Source: Squalus acanthias (lineage: Eukaryota). From it: a stretch of 64,000 bases of DNA. The stretch is taken from the NCBI GenBank assembly GCA_030390025.1, contig CM059433.1, positions 2,790,001 to 2,854,000 on the forward strand, written 5' to 3'. The notes under the pieces are model-generated. The model saw only the letters and a list, made by a program, of their open reading frames with translations, did not search any database and was not told where the DNA came from. Below, piece after piece: positions 27,689-41,168 of this stretch. Made by a program: the position numbers and the translations under genes. The first letter of the stretch is position 1. Each line of letters begins with the position of its first letter.

Positions 27689-29326
27689 GGGCTCGAAATT
27701 CGTTATAGCCAAGGAATGGGCAGCGTTTAGAATTAAAATGGTGACTTAGCGCCAGGTGAAGATCGTCTAGACTGCACGCAAAATTAGTCCTGACTCCTCA
27801 TTAAAATGATTGGAGCCATAAATCTAGCCTGAAAACCCAAGCTCACTGGCATTACACTGAAAAAGTGGACCAATATCGGGGGCAGTCTAAATGCAAGTAA
27901 TGATTGCCACAGGCTTTTTTCACTGCTTAAAGGGGCAATCCATTGATGCTGCAGCACCTCATTCTCAGTAATGTTGGGTTTGCAGCTGCCTCAACAACCA
28001 TAAGAAGAAGGACAAGGAGAAGAAGCACTTATTTACAAATGCTGATGGCAGATCGCCAAGCCAGGGAGACAGCCCGGGGTGTTTCCGAGGAAGCTTTGGG
28101 GGCGTTGGTTTTAGCGGTGGAGAGAAGGCGGGCGGTCCTGCACCTGACAACTGGCAGGAGGCCCTCGTCACAAGTTTGCCGGACTATGTGGAGGGAGGTG
28201 GCACACCACGTCACCGGCAGCACTGTGGTCCCCAGGACCCACACACAGTGCAGGAGGAAGTTTAACGAGTGGTCAGGGTGAGTGAATGCTTCAACAAATA
28301 CCACCATCTGTACAACAAGCTTCACACATTGCTCAATGTACCACAGCCCCAGCACTCACCCACCAACAATCTCTAGCTAGCAAAACTCACACCTACATCT
28401 CACACCTTGCACACAATGAGAGCTATTCAACTATGGCAGGCACAAGGGTCATTAGTTATTCAAATTCATGTCATATGTGTGATATGTTTATAGATAAATT
28501 TATTACTGGTATTTGGAATATTTTGTGGTATCTTTCATTTCACCTTTGCGCCCAGGAGGACGCTGTGATACGCCATGGGATTGTATGATGGGGATGTGGT
28601 GAGCTACGGGGACCTGGGGTTTTATTCATTGAATCAGAGTCTGATGAACCGGTCACGGACAGCCCATCCAGAAGGCCAATTGTCTCGCTGCCTCCGCCCT
28701 CCCTCCTGTCCCTCCTGTTCCTCCTCATCCTCCACTGCCTCATCCTCCTTGTCCTCCTCCTCCTCATCCTCTTCCTCTTTGTCCTCCTCTGCCTTGTCGT
28801 CCTCCTGAGATAATGCCGCAATCCCGCAGCCCCATGACTGTGAGGACGTGTTGTGAGCCGAAGCCTTCAACAAAAAATGAGTGACTTCTGCACTTGAATG
28901 AACACTCCCTGTCACCAAAAAAACTTGAAATAACTAAAGTGAGCTGTGTCAGTTGCAGGAAGTAGCAAACAGGCACTGATACTGCAGAACCCTGTCAGGC
29001 ACAGCTGATTGGGGATGGTGCCTTTAAATATCGTTGCTGTAGCCTGCTTCCTGCTGGTAGACGCCAGCTCTCCCTGTCGTTGTTCTGCGCTGCTGTTAAG
29101 GTAAGTGGCTAAATCCAATGTTGCAGATCGGACATCAAGTGAGCAGTGCACATTCACTGACGTCACGATCTCCATGATGGCGAGCTCCCTGGCACTAGGG
29201 TTTACCTGGCACCACCGATATGTTGTGCGGCGCTGGAACCGGCATCAGCTGTCGTTACAGCTGTCGATGGCATTTCAGCGCCATCTTGTGGCACTAATGT
29301 GTGGCAGCCATACAAATTTTCCTCCC
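27689..29326 (+). mobile_element. Internally deleted Harbinger: Myb exon 1 (+, about 28045-28277) and acidic transposase C-terminus (-, about 28620-28860)
   Basis: EEALGALVLAVERRRAVL...WREVA...RTHTQCRRKFN followed by donor gtgagt; E-rich tail ending AVRDRFIRL; imperfect TIRs gggctcgaaattcg / caaattttcctccc. Confidence 0.7.
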
Positions 29327-29697
29327 AGGAAGTCTTGCTACAATTGTACAGGGCTTTGGTGAGACCACACCTGGAGTATTGTGCACAGTTTTGGTCTCCT
29401 TATCTAAGGAATGATATACTTGCCTTAGAGGCGGTGCAACGAAGGTTCACTAGATTGATTCCTGGGATGAGAGGGCTGTCCTATGAGGAGAGATTGAGTA
29501 GAATGGGCCGATACTCTCTGAAGTTTAGAAGAATGAGAGGTGATCTCATTGAAACATACAAGATTCTGAAGGGGATTGACAGGGTAGATGCTGAGAGGTT
29601 GTTTCCCCTGGCTGGAGAGTCTAGAACTAGGGGGCACAGTCTCAGGATAAATGGTTGGCCTTTTAAGGATGAGATGAGGAGGAATTTCTTCACTCAG
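29327..29697 (+). mobile_element. Internal CR1 fragment lacking its 3' tail
   Basis: EVLLQLYRALVRPHLEYCAQFWSP...RRNFFTQ. Confidence 0.9.
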
Positions 29698-30767
29698 CGG
29701 ACTGGCACACGATGAAAACATCATGACTATTGCCAGGATAGCGGGGATTCACCAGCATGATGTGCTGGGCGTCGTCGCACACCAACTACACATTAAATGA
29801 GTGGTACCCTTTGTGGTTACTGTACATCTCACCTTTGAGATGGGGTGCCTGCAAATCAACGTGTGTGTAGTCGAAGGTTCCCTACACCATGAGCAAGCCT
29901 GATATCCTGGCAAAGCCATGTGCGCCCTCTTCCTGCTTCTCTCTGTTTAGAGAGAAGACAATGACGAACCCCCCTCCTAGCGTAGAGTCTCTGTGACCTC
30001 CCGCATGGACGGCCAACTGTGAGATGTTTGCTATGTCGCCTGTTCCAGCCTGGAGGGATCTGCTGTGACCACCTCCTTGGTGAAGCGGAGTCTACTAATA
30101 CATTGCTCCTGGCTTAGGTGCAGGTAGGAGAAGTGCTCGCTGAAGACTGTAGGTGGGTAAGGCCTCCTGCTGACAGCCATCCTCCTCCTCCCTCTGCAAG
30201 CAGCTTGTCTTCTTTGCTGCCTCTGCTCTATCTCCCTGTCATGCGGCAGCACGAGGGGGACTGCAATTCGAGTCCCCATGACTGGGAGCAAGTGGTGTAC
30301 TCAGAGGCCTCCAGTAGCAGTCACTGCCTCCCCAATGTCCAGCAGCACGCCCTGCACACTTTACCAAATGTTGAAATCTGTTCCAGCAACCCAGCACTCC
30401 CACAAACTCTGCAAGAGCCAGTAGATAGCAATAAGCAACTAACCTGCAAGTAGCGCGGGTGGGGGTGCGGCGACACTGGTGCCGCTGAACGCATGTTCAG
30501 CTGTGCGTGTTTAGGAGAGGGCGTCGAATGGAGCGGTGAGGTTGAAAATGGCAGGTCGTGCGTCAAATCAGCGTTACCTGCTGACTAATGTCACAACCTG
30601 CCTGCTCTGCACACTGCCGGCACACACAGGTACCGCCCACGCTATCGCCCTTACGAAGTTGCCGTTCAGCGTGAACCGCGCTGGAAGTGGGCGGAAGCGA
30701 GGCAGGAGCCATTTTTCCTTCAAAACTGGACAAAACTACCGCCGTTACAGACCCAAACTTCACGACC
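29695..30767 (-). mobile_element. Harbinger end with HARBI1-like DDE transposase pseudogene (N-terminal half, about 30280-29695)
   Basis: RRPYPPTVF...SYLHLSQEQCISRLRFTKE, then GFARISG..V*GTFDYTHV...NHKGYHSFNV*LVCD...RYPGNSHD (the IDCTH / GSxHD motifs of Harbinger transposases). Confidence 0.85.
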
Positions 30768-31144
30768 GAGGGGTCAACTTACTTTTAAGCCACTTTAGTA
30801 ATACAACCGAATGAAAGACTACACCGAAGGGCTCTACGTATCTGTTCATGAGAATTAATAACAGTGTTGATCAGGATTTATTATTTTCTTAGAGTGGAGG
30901 CGAGAAATTATTGTTACATGGAATTTCTATACAGACTTTTATTGTTTAAAGGGATTCTATGCCATAATTAAAATCACAAACTGTCAGATCATCCTGTATG
31001 AGATAATATTCCTGTAACATTTATCATTAATTATGTTACTATACCACCAGTAAAATAACACTTTCGCTAGTTATTGCTACTGAACTCTGCGGTGTTCATG
31101 TAATATTGAATGCAATTTAAATTGAATAGTTCTGCTTGATTTCT

Positions 31145-32027
31145 TTTTATTCCTTTATGGGATGTGGGCATCGCTGACAAGGCCAGCATTTATTGCCCAT
31201 CTCCAGTTGCCCTTGAGAAGGTGGTGGTGAGCCGCTGCCTTGAACGGCTGCAGTCCGTGTGGTGAAGGTACTCCCACAGTGCTGTTAGGGAGGGAGTTCC
31301 AGGATTTTGACCCAGCGACGATGAAGGAACAGCCGATATATTTCCAAGTCAGGACGGTGTGTGACTTGGAGGGGAACTTGGAGGTGGTGGTGTTCCCATG
31401 TGCCTGCTGCCCTTCTAGGTGGTAGAGGTCATGGGTTTGGGAGGTGCTGCCGAAGAAACCTTGGCGAGTTGCTGCAGTGCATCTTGTAGATGGTACACAC
31501 TGCAGACACGGTGCGCCGGCAGTGGAGGGAGTGAATGTTTAAGGTGGTGGATGGGGTGCCAATGAAGCGGGCTGCTTTGTCCTGGATGGTGTCGAGGTTC
31601 TTGAGTGTTGTTGGAGCCGCACTCATCCAGGCAAGAGGAGAGTATTCCATCACTTTCTTGTGCCTTGTAGATGGTGGAAAGGTTTTGGGGAATCAGGAGG
31701 TGAGACACTCGCTGCAGAATACCCAGCCTCTGACCTGCTCTTGTTGCCACAGTATTTATGTGGCTGGTCCAGTTAAGTTTCTGGTCAATGGTGGGGGATT
31801 TGGCAATGGTAATGCCGTTGAATGTCAAGGGGCAGTGGTTAGACTCTCTCTTGTTGGAGGTAGTCATTGCCTGGCACTTGTGTGGCACGAATGTTACTTG
31901 CCACTTATCAGCCCAAGCCTGAATGTTGTCCAGGTCTTGCTGCATGCGGGCACGGACTGCTTCATTACCTGAGGAGTGGTGAATGGAACTGAACACCGTG
32001 CAATCATCAGCGAACATCCCCACTTCT
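31145..32027 (-). mobile_element. CR1-group (Zenon/L2-like) LINE 3' portion
   Basis: MFADDCTVF...QAWADKWQVTF; same family as 7741-9408. Confidence 0.9.
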
Positions 32028-32940
32028 GGCCCGATCTGTATATTTAAAGAAGGACCCCGCTAGCTTTGGGTGGCCAGCTTAGCTCATCCACCCAGTTCCC
32101 GTCAGGCAGGCAGGGTTAAAATTGCCCCCAGTATTTGCATCCTATCCACTGTAAGGAAGTTCCACGTGCTTAGTCCCAGACACAGTGGCACATCAGCCTC
32201 AATGACACTTCAGACTATTTTGAGACTTCATGAGGGCAATGCCCAAGTGTAATCAGCCACACAACCAAACAATTCAGTTAACTTAAGCCAGCTTTGTTGT
32301 ATAGTGTGCTCCACACTGACAATGTGCAGCTGGTACAATGTAGATTGCACAGTGATTGGATGACATTCAGGACATAATCCTTGCCTCTAACTGTTTCTGA
32401 ATATGGGATGAGGAGCAGCCCTTTTAGATTTAAGCTCATCGAGGTTCCCATTCCTGAAGTATCTTCACCCATTGGTGAGCTGCTCACTATTTATAAAGGA
32501 TTAACTGTGATTAATTTCGGTGTCAGCGTGTGTCTCAGTGGCAGTGCTCTTGCCTCTTGAGTCAGAAGGTCATGACTTCAAGTCCCACTCCAGTGACTTG
32601 AGCATATAATGCTAGACTGACACTTCAGTGCAGCACTGAGGGAGTGCTGCACTGTCGGAGGTGCCATCTATTGGATGAGACATTAAAACGAGGCCCCGCC
32701 TGCCCTTCCAGGTGAACGCAAAAGACCTCATGGTACTATTTGAAGAAGAGCAAGGGAGTTTTCCTGATGTCCTGGCCAATATTTATCCCTAAATCGGCAT
32801 CTGTAAAACAGATTATCCCATTTTTTGATAATGATTCTGCTATTGCAATTTACACCTCCTCTAGACCCATCTTTTGTTTCTTTACTTGTCCCATTACCAT
32901 TCCCTTCTGCCTCACACCATCATCCCTTTTGTCATTTAAT

Positions 32941-33705
32941 GGCCCTGAAATTCGCCTCTCCGGCTTGCCGCGGGGGTAAGGATCGCGCGCTCACTTACCT
33001 ACCGCGCCTGCCGTTGTGTTTTGGGCACACGGGAACTTCAGCTCCTGGGCCTGCTCCAAGTGCCGGCGCGCAGTGCTTGCGTGTCCCAGGGGTGCAGTTA
33101 GTGCGATGCGTCCCCTGGGATCACGTGGGCCATGGAGAGCCAATGGCAGCAGACCATCTTTCATTCATAGATTTGACAGGAAGACCTGTCAAATCTGTGA
33201 ATTGAAATCGGCCCCAAAAGAACAGCTAAACTTCAAATAAATTTAAAAAAAAAACATCACATTTATAAAATAACTATAGTTAAATAAATTAACCACTTTA
33301 AACAAAAATTAAAATTTTTGAAAAAATTAAAATACTTTTTAAAAGTGATAAAAATAAATTTACCTTTCTTTAAAGTATCTAAAAAAGATAAACCTGTTGA
33401 AAAAATATTTAAGTTATAATTAATTAACCACTTACCTTGTTGAAAACGGCTCCTGCGCCTCCTTTTTAATAGCGTAGTTTCTTCAATACTTACCCTCCCG
33501 GAGAAACCTGAAAAAAAATCTAAGTTTGCTGCGTGCGCGCAGCCTCTACCGCGGACGCGGTTCACCTCTGAACCGCTCCCTTCACCAGACCGGAAGTTCC
33601 GGTTTCCCGCGCAGGCGCAGTGCATGCAGGAAACCGGCACTTCGGGACGCATTACGGGTGAGTACACAGCGCGTACTCACCCGGGAAGGGCCGAATTTTT
33701 GGCCC
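32941..33705. mobile_element. Harbinger-like MITE nested in the Penelope-like fragment
   Basis: TSD AAT (32938-32940 / 33706-33708); TIRs ggccctgaaattcg / cgaatttttggccc; AT-rich centre with GC-rich arms. Confidence 0.8.
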
Positions 33706-33818
33706 AATCTCTCCTGCCTTCCGCCCTATCACAGACCTTCCCTTTTGTTCTTTCCTCCCCTCCCCCCTCTCCCTGCCCCTGCACTTGCTTAAAACCTGTT
33801 ACATCTCCAACGTTTTCC

Positions 33819-33855
33819 AGTTCTGAGGAAAGGTCATCGACCTGAAACGTTAACT
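33819..33855 (+). ncRNA. Minimal type-I hammerhead ribozyme motif
   Basis: Stem I agtt/aact, core CTGAGGA(A), stem II aggtc-atc-gacct, GAAA, palindromic ACGT in place of stem III, GUU triplet. Confidence 0.6.
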
Positions 33856-34657
33856 CTGTTTCTCTCTCCACAGATGCTGCCGGACCCGCTGAGTATTTCC
33901 AGCATTTTCTGTTTTTATTTCAGATTTCCGGCATCCGCAGTATTTTGCTTTTGTTATCTGGTCATGTTGTTTGTGGGTCCTTATTGTGTACAATTTGGAT
34001 GCTGTGTTTCTCTACATTACAACAGTGGCTGCAGTTCAAAGGTACTTCATTGGCTGTAATGCACTTCGGGACGTTGTGAAACGCGCGATATAAATGCAAG
34101 TCCGTTCCTTTCCTTTGTGACTATTTTTTGAACTATCCAGTTTCCCAAACCTCAGAGTATAACCTTCCTCGTTAAAAAACACTTCCTGACCAGAAGCAGT
34201 TTGGTTATGCGGGATTTTTTATGACCTAGTAGAGGTCACCACGTGAACCTAGATGTTTTAAAGGTTGTGGGAGTCATTCTCACCTTCACCGTTTGGATGG
34301 TACAAAAGCTGAGGGGATAACCTGCCCGTTATAGAACCTGCCCGATTTTCATGTCCATTGAAATGTGCTCCGCCAATTCATCACCCAAGCAGTGAAGATG
34401 AAATTACCCCCAATGGGCGCTCCATCAGTTTACTGTCCAAGGTGACAATCACCCCATATATTGTGAATGCTGTTTTCCATTCCAATTTTACAAATGTTAA
34501 TACGAGTACATACAATAGCAACACAAAACCATAACTCATTCAACATGACTGCTGGCAGACATCCAGAGCCAGGTGCGTAGGGCTACACAATCTGAAAATG
34601 TTGCCATCCGCTCCATTTTCTTGTGAGAGTTTGTACAAGTTGCCATTCATATAAATC

Positions 34658-37600
34658 ACCACTAAAACTCCCGACCCCAGCACAGAAACTCCCGACCCCA
34701 GCACAGAAACTGCCGATCCCAGCACAGAAACTCCCAACCCCAGCACAGAAACTCCCAACCCCAGCACAGAAACTCCCGACCCCAGCACAGAAACTCCCGA
34801 CCCCAGCACAGAAACTCCCGACCCCAGCACAGAAACTGCCGATCCCAGCACAGAAACTCCCAACCCCAGCACAGAAACTCCCGACCCCAGCACAGAAACT
34901 CCTGACCCCAGCACAGAAACTGCCGATCCCAGCACAGAAACTCCCAACCCCAGCACAGAAACTCCCAACCCCAGCACAGAAACTCCCGACCCCAGCACAG
35001 AAACTCCCGACCCCAGCACAGAAACTGCCGACCCCAGCACAGAAACTCCCGACCCCAGCACAGAAACTGCCGATCCCAGCACAGAAACTGCCGATCCCAG
35101 CACAGAAACTGCCGATCCCAGCACAGAAACTGCCGACCCCAGCACAGAAACTCCCGACCCCAGCACAGAAACTGCCGATCCCAGCACAGAAACTGCCGAC
35201 CCCAGCACAGAAACTCCCGACCCCAGCACAGAAACTGCTGATCCCAGCACAGAAACTCCCGACCCCAGCACAGAAACTGCTGATCCCAGCACAGAAACTC
35301 CCGACCCCAACACAGAAACTGCCGATCCCACCACAGAAACTCCCGACCCCAGCACAGAAACTCCCGACCCCAGCACAGAAACTGCCGACCCCAGCACAGA
35401 AACTCCCGACCCCAGCACAGAAACTGCTGATCCCAGCACAGAAACTGCCGATCCCAGCACAGAAACTCCCGACCCCAGCACAGAAACTGCTGATCCCAGC
35501 ACAGAAACTCCCGACCCCAGCACAGAAACTGCCGATCCCAGCACAGAAACTCCCGACCCCAGCACAGAAACTCCCGACCCCAGCACAGAAACTCCCGACC
35601 CCAGCACAGAAACTCCCGACCCCAGCACAGAAACTCCCGACCCCAGCACAGAAACTCCCGACCCCACCACAGAAACTCCCGACCCCAGCACAGAAACTCC
35701 CGACCCCAGCACAGAAACTGCTGATCCCAGCACAGAAACTCCCGACCCCAGCACAGAAACTGCTGATCCCAGCACAGAAACTGCCGACCCCAGCACAGAA
35801 ACTCCCGACCCCAGCACAGAAACTGCCGACCCCAGCACAGAAACTGCTGATCCCAGCACAGAAACTCCCGACCCCAGCACAGAAACTCCCGACCCCACCA
35901 CAGAAACTCCCGACCCCACCAGGAAAACTCCCGACCTCAGCACAGAAACTCCCGACCCCAGCACAGAAACTCCCGACCCCAGCACAGAAACTCCCGACCC
36001 CAGCACAGAAACTCCCGACCCCAGCACAGAAACTCCCGACCCCAGCACAGAAACTCCCGACCCCAGCACAGAAACTCCCGATCCCAGCACAGAAACTGCC
36101 GACCCCAGCACAGAAACTCCCGACCCCAACACAGAAACTCCCGACCCCAGCACAGAAACTCCCGACCTCAGCACAGAAACTCCCGATCCCAGCACAGAAA
36201 CTGCCGACCCCAGCACAGAAACTCCCGACCTCAGCACAGAAACTCCCGATCCCAGCACAGAAACTCCCGACCCCAGCACAGAAACTCCCGACCCCAGCAC
36301 AGAAACTCCCGACCCCACCAGGAAAACTCCCGACCTCAGCACAGAAACTCCCGACCCCAGCACAGAAACTCCCGACCCCAGCACAGAAACTGCCGATCCC
36401 AGCACAGAAACTCCCGATCCCAGCACAGAAACTCCCGACCCCAGCACAGAAACTCCCGATCCCAGCACAGAAACTCCCGACCCCAGCACAGAAACTCCCG
36501 ACCCCAGCACAGAAACTGCCGATCCCAGCACAGAAACTCCCGACCCCAGCACAGAAACTGCCGATCCCAGCACAGAAACTCCCGACCCCAGCACAGAAAC
36601 TCCCGATCCCACCACAGAAACTCCCGACCCCAGCACAGAAACTCCTGACCCCAGCACAGAAACTCCCGACCCCAGCACAGAAACTGCTGATCCCAGCACA
36701 GAAACTCCCGACCCCAGCACAGAAACTCCCGACCCCAGCACAGAAACTCCCGACCCCAGCACAGAAACTCCCGACCCCACCACAGAAACTCCCGACCCCA
36801 GCACAGAAACTCCCAACCCCAGCACAGAAACTCCCGACTCCAGCACAGAAACTCCCGACCAAACCACAGAAACTCCCGACCCCAGCACAGAAACTCCCGA
36901 CCTCAACACAGAAACTCCCGACCCCAACACAGAAACTCCCGATCCCAGCACAGAAACTCCCGACCCCACCACAGAAACTCCCGACCCCACCACAGAAACT
37001 CCCGACCCCAGCACAGAAACTCCCAACCCCAGCACAGAAACTCCCGACCCCAGCACAGAAACTCCCGACCCCACCAGGAAAACTCCCGACCTCAGCACAG
37101 AAACTCCCGACCCCAGCACAGAAACTCCCGATCCCAGCACAGAAACTCCCGACCCCAGCACAGAAACTCCCGACTCCAGCACAGAAACTCCCGACCCCAG
37201 CACAGAAACTGCTGATCCCAGCACAGAAACTGCTGATCCCAGCACAGAAACTCCCGACCCCAGCACAGAAACTGCTGATCCCAGCACAGAAACTCCCGAC
37301 CCCAGCACAGAAACTCCCGACCCCAGCACAGAAACTGCTGATCCCAGCACAGAAACTCCCGACCCCACCAGGAAAACTCCCGACCCCAGCACAGAAACTC
37401 CCGACCCCAGCACAGAAACTCCCGACCCCAGCACAGAAACTCCCGATCCCAGCACAGAAACTGCTGATCCCAGCACAGAAACTGCCGATCCCAGCACAGA
37501 AACTGCCGATCCCAGCACAGAAACTGCCGATCCCAGCACAGAAACTGCCGATCCCAGCACAGAAACTGCCGATCCCAGCACAGAAACTCCCGATCCCAGC

Positions 37601-39650
37601 ACAGAAACTGCTGATCCCAGCACAGAAACTCCCGACCCCAGCACAGAAACTCCCGACCCCAGCACAGAAACTGCCGATCCCAGCACAGAAACTCCCGACC
37701 CCAGCACAGAAACTGCTGATCCCAGCACAGAAACTCCCGACCCCAGCACAGAAACTCCCGACCCCAGCACAGAAACTGCTGATCCCAGCACAGAAACTCC
37801 CGACCCCAGCACAGAAACTCCCGACCCCACCACAGAAACTCACAACCTCACCACAGAAACTCCCGACCCCACCACAGAAACTCACAACCTCACCACAGAA
37901 ACTCCCGACCCCACCACAGAAACTCCCGATCCCAGCACAGAAACTCCCGACCTCAGCACAGAAACTCCCGACCCCACCACAGAAACTCCCGATCCCAGCA
38001 CAGAAACTCCCGATCCCAGCACAGAAACTCCCGACCTCAGCACAGAAACTCCCGACCCCAGCACAGAAACTCCCGACCCCACCACAGAAACTCACAACCT
38101 CACCACAGAAACTCCCGACCCCACCACAGAAACTCACAACCTCACCACAGAAACTCCCGACCCCACCACAGAAACTCCCGATCCCAGCACAGAAACTCCC
38201 GACCTCAGCACAGAAACTCCCGACCCCACCACAGAAACTCCCGATCCCAGCACAGAAACTCCCGATCCCAGCACAGAAACTCCCGACCTCAGCACAGAAA
38301 CTCCCGACCCCAGCACAGAAACTCCCGACCCCAGCACAGAAACTCCCGACCCCACCACAGAAACTCCCGACCCCACCACAGAAACTCCCGACCCCAGCAC
38401 AGAAACTCCCGATCCCAGCACAGAAACTCCCGACCCCAACACAGAAACTCCCGACCCCAGCACAGAAACTCCCGATCCCAGCACAGAAACTCCCGACCTC
38501 AGCACAGAAACTCCCGACCCCAGCACAGAAACTCCCGATCCCAGCACAGAAACTCCCGATCCCAGCACAGAAACTCCCGACCCCAGCACAGAAACTGCCG
38601 ATCCCAGCACAGAAACTCCCGACCCCAGCACAGAAACTCCCGATCCCAGCACAGAAACTCCCGACCCCAGCACAGAAACTCCCGACCCCACCACAGAAAC
38701 TCCCGACCCCAGCACAGAAACTGCCGATCCCAGCACAGAAACTCCCGACCCCAACACAGAAACTCCCGACCCCACCACAGAAACTCCCGACCCCAACACA
38801 GAAACTCCCGACCCCAGCACAGAAACTCCCGACCCCAGCACAGAAACTCCCGACCCCAGCACAGAAACTCCCGATCCCAGCACAGAAACTCCCGACCCCA
38901 GCACAGAAACTCCCGACCTCAGCACAGAAACTCCCGACCCCACCACAGAAACTCACAACCTCACCACAGAAACTCCCGACCCCACCACAGAAACTCCCGA
39001 TCCCAGCACAGAAACTCCCGACCTCAGCACAGAAACTCCCGATCCCAGCACAGAAACTCCCGATCCCAGCACAGAAACTCCCGACCTCAGCACAGAAACT
39101 CCCGACCCCAGCACAGAAACTCCCGATCCCAGCACAGAAACTCCCGATCCCAGCACAGAAACTCCCGACCCCAGCACAGAAACTCCCGACCCCAGCACAG
39201 AAACTCCCGACCTCAGCACAGAAACTCCCGACCCCACCACAGAAACTCACAACCTCACCACAGAAACTCCCGACCCCACCACAGAAACTCCCGATCCCAG
39301 CACAGAAACTCCCGACCTCAGCACAGAAACTCCCGATCCCAGCACAGAAACTCCCGATCCCAGCACAGAAACTCCCGACCCCACCAGGAAAACTCCCGAC
39401 CCCAGCACAGAATCTCCCGACCCCAGCACAGAAACTCCCGATCCCAGCACAGAAACTCCCGACCCCACCACAGAAACTCCCGACCCCAGCACAGAAACTC
39501 CCGACCCCAGCACAGAAACTCCCGACCCCAACACAGAAACTCCCGACCCCAGCACAGAAACTCCCGACCCCAGCACAGAAACTCCCGACCCCAGCACAGA
39601 AACTCCCGACCCCAGCACAGAAACTGCCGATCCCAGCACAGAAACTCACA
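34658..39650. repeat. Minisatellite, 21-bp unit gcacagaaactcccgacccca, about 238 copies
   Basis: Directly visible; reading frame is preserved end to end. Confidence 0.98.
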
Positions 39651-40689
39651 GCATCCAATCTGCAGATTCAGACCAACATTCCACCAAGTTAAGGTTTGAT
39701 ATTTCTGACTCAAAATCTGGCCAGTCCCTCTTGAACCTAGCAGGGAGTGATTTCTCGAACCTATCATTTGTGAGGTCGGAAACTTTAAAACAAGCCAGTC
39801 TGATATATCACAGGGTGGTTATTAAAAGCAGGGCTGTAAACCCAAACAGGGAATTTCAACTAGCCAGTCAGTAATCGAATCTGTACACCTAAACTGGTAT
39901 AACTATTACCATTAAAAATGGTGAAGAAATATAATGTAGCCATTTGTTTAGGTACATAAAAAGCAACAGCTTATCTAAAAACTTTTAGGGAAAAATAAAT
40001 CATATTATACCGTGCCCAGATCCACAGTAAAAGGGTTGTGTTGTGTGGTGCTCCAGTTATTTGCCCACTATCACATCTTCACCATCTGGATCTGAAGGTG
40101 GGGTAGCTCAAATAATTGGAGATCCAAAAATTGATTGACCAACATTTAATCTCTGTATCTATGATTTTTCAGATTTACAGTCAAGTAGGGTTTTAAAAAA
40201 AAATCAAGATCTACTTTCGGATTATAACCAAATTTGTTCATTTTAGCCACTAATGTTGGGAGAACTCTTGATACAAATATAAAGTATACACTAGCGCCAT
40301 TAAAAATTGTAGCGCAATGCTGTTCTTCAGCATCAACATCATTACTCATTCGTTGGATAATAAGTGTGAGCAGCTCACTCAATTTAGTCATTTATTAAGC
40401 TATGAATTTTCCAATGAACCGTATCATAATTCAGGTGTGCGACAGCTGAATATTTTTAGTTAAGCTTCATTGTATAACATGAGAATAATTTAACAATTAA
40501 CTTCAGATGATAGCTGCTGTGGCAGGCATGGGATAAGAGCAGTTTATATAATATACGTTGCCTTGAGGATCGTAAACCAAATGCCAATATGTTCCAAACT
40601 AGCTTAATGGTTTCTTTTTAAAATTTGCAGCTCAAGTTAAACAGTGCAAAGAGAGAATGTGAAAACAGAAAAAGCAGAAACAGATTTAT

Positions 40690-41168
40690 GATTGGAGCAG
40701 AAGTGCTTCCCTCCCCGCCCCCCGAGTGTACCTTCTTCCCTTGGATCGGAGCAACTCCCCATCAGAACCCACCCACCCCCCCCATACAAAGACCCCGGGA
40801 GTCAGGGATCGGAGCAACTCCCCATCAAAGCCCATCCCCCCCCCCCCATACAAAGACCCCGGGAGTCGGCGATCGGAGCACCCCCCCATCAGAACCCACC
40901 CACCCCCCCCATACAAAGACCCCGGGAGTCGGGGATCGGAGCACCCCCCACACCCCCACCGGCCCAGTAGAAGCTGCAGGCTCCCTTCCTGCGGCCTGCC
41001 CTGGCATGCACCCTGCCCGACTGGGAGCCAAGCCTGTCAATCAGGATGGCTTCTGGGCGGGGATATTGTCAAAGAAAAAAGTCGCATGCTAAATCTCCAC
41101 AGCGTGCGGGGTTGTCCGGAACTCCGCCCCCCACACATATACAACCTGCCCCTGTCAATATCGAGGCC
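40690..41168. mobile_element. MITE fragment with about 4 copies of a ~60-bp tandem repeat (40742-40960)
   Basis: gatcggagca...catacaaagaccccgggagtc repeats; terminus gtcaatatcgaggcc resembles the MITE end near 42075; similar in reverse complement to 46010-46075. Confidence 0.6.

Larger units (their letters stand above)
32818..33953 (+). mobile_element. Penelope-like element 3'/pseudo-LTR fragment
   Basis: Pyrimidine-rich body ending ctgaggaaaggtcatcgacctgaaacgttaactctg...cagatgctgcc...gctgagtatttccagcattttctg, the typical Penelope-like terminus with a hammerhead core. Confidence 0.7.
32528..34110 (+). mobile_element. tRNA-headed Deu-domain SINE interrupted at 32818-33953
   Basis: A/B-box-like head, Deu core ggtgcc...ggatgagacattaaaacgagg; resumes at 33954 with ttatctggtcat; ttatc present on both sides of the insertion. 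Confidence 0.85.

Noticed and set aside
28690..28810. Acidic or Ser-rich low-complexity protein
   Set aside because: It is the E-rich C-terminal tail of a Harbinger transposase remnant
29695..30291. Host HARBI1 gene
   Set aside because: In-frame stops, deletions and truncation; it is a transposon relic
34540..39692. 1097-1691-aa ORFs (KLPTPAQ, GVGSFCA and GSGVSVL repeats) as real genes
   Set aside because: Expected from a stop-free 21-bp unit; open on both strands, non-ATG starts, no domain context
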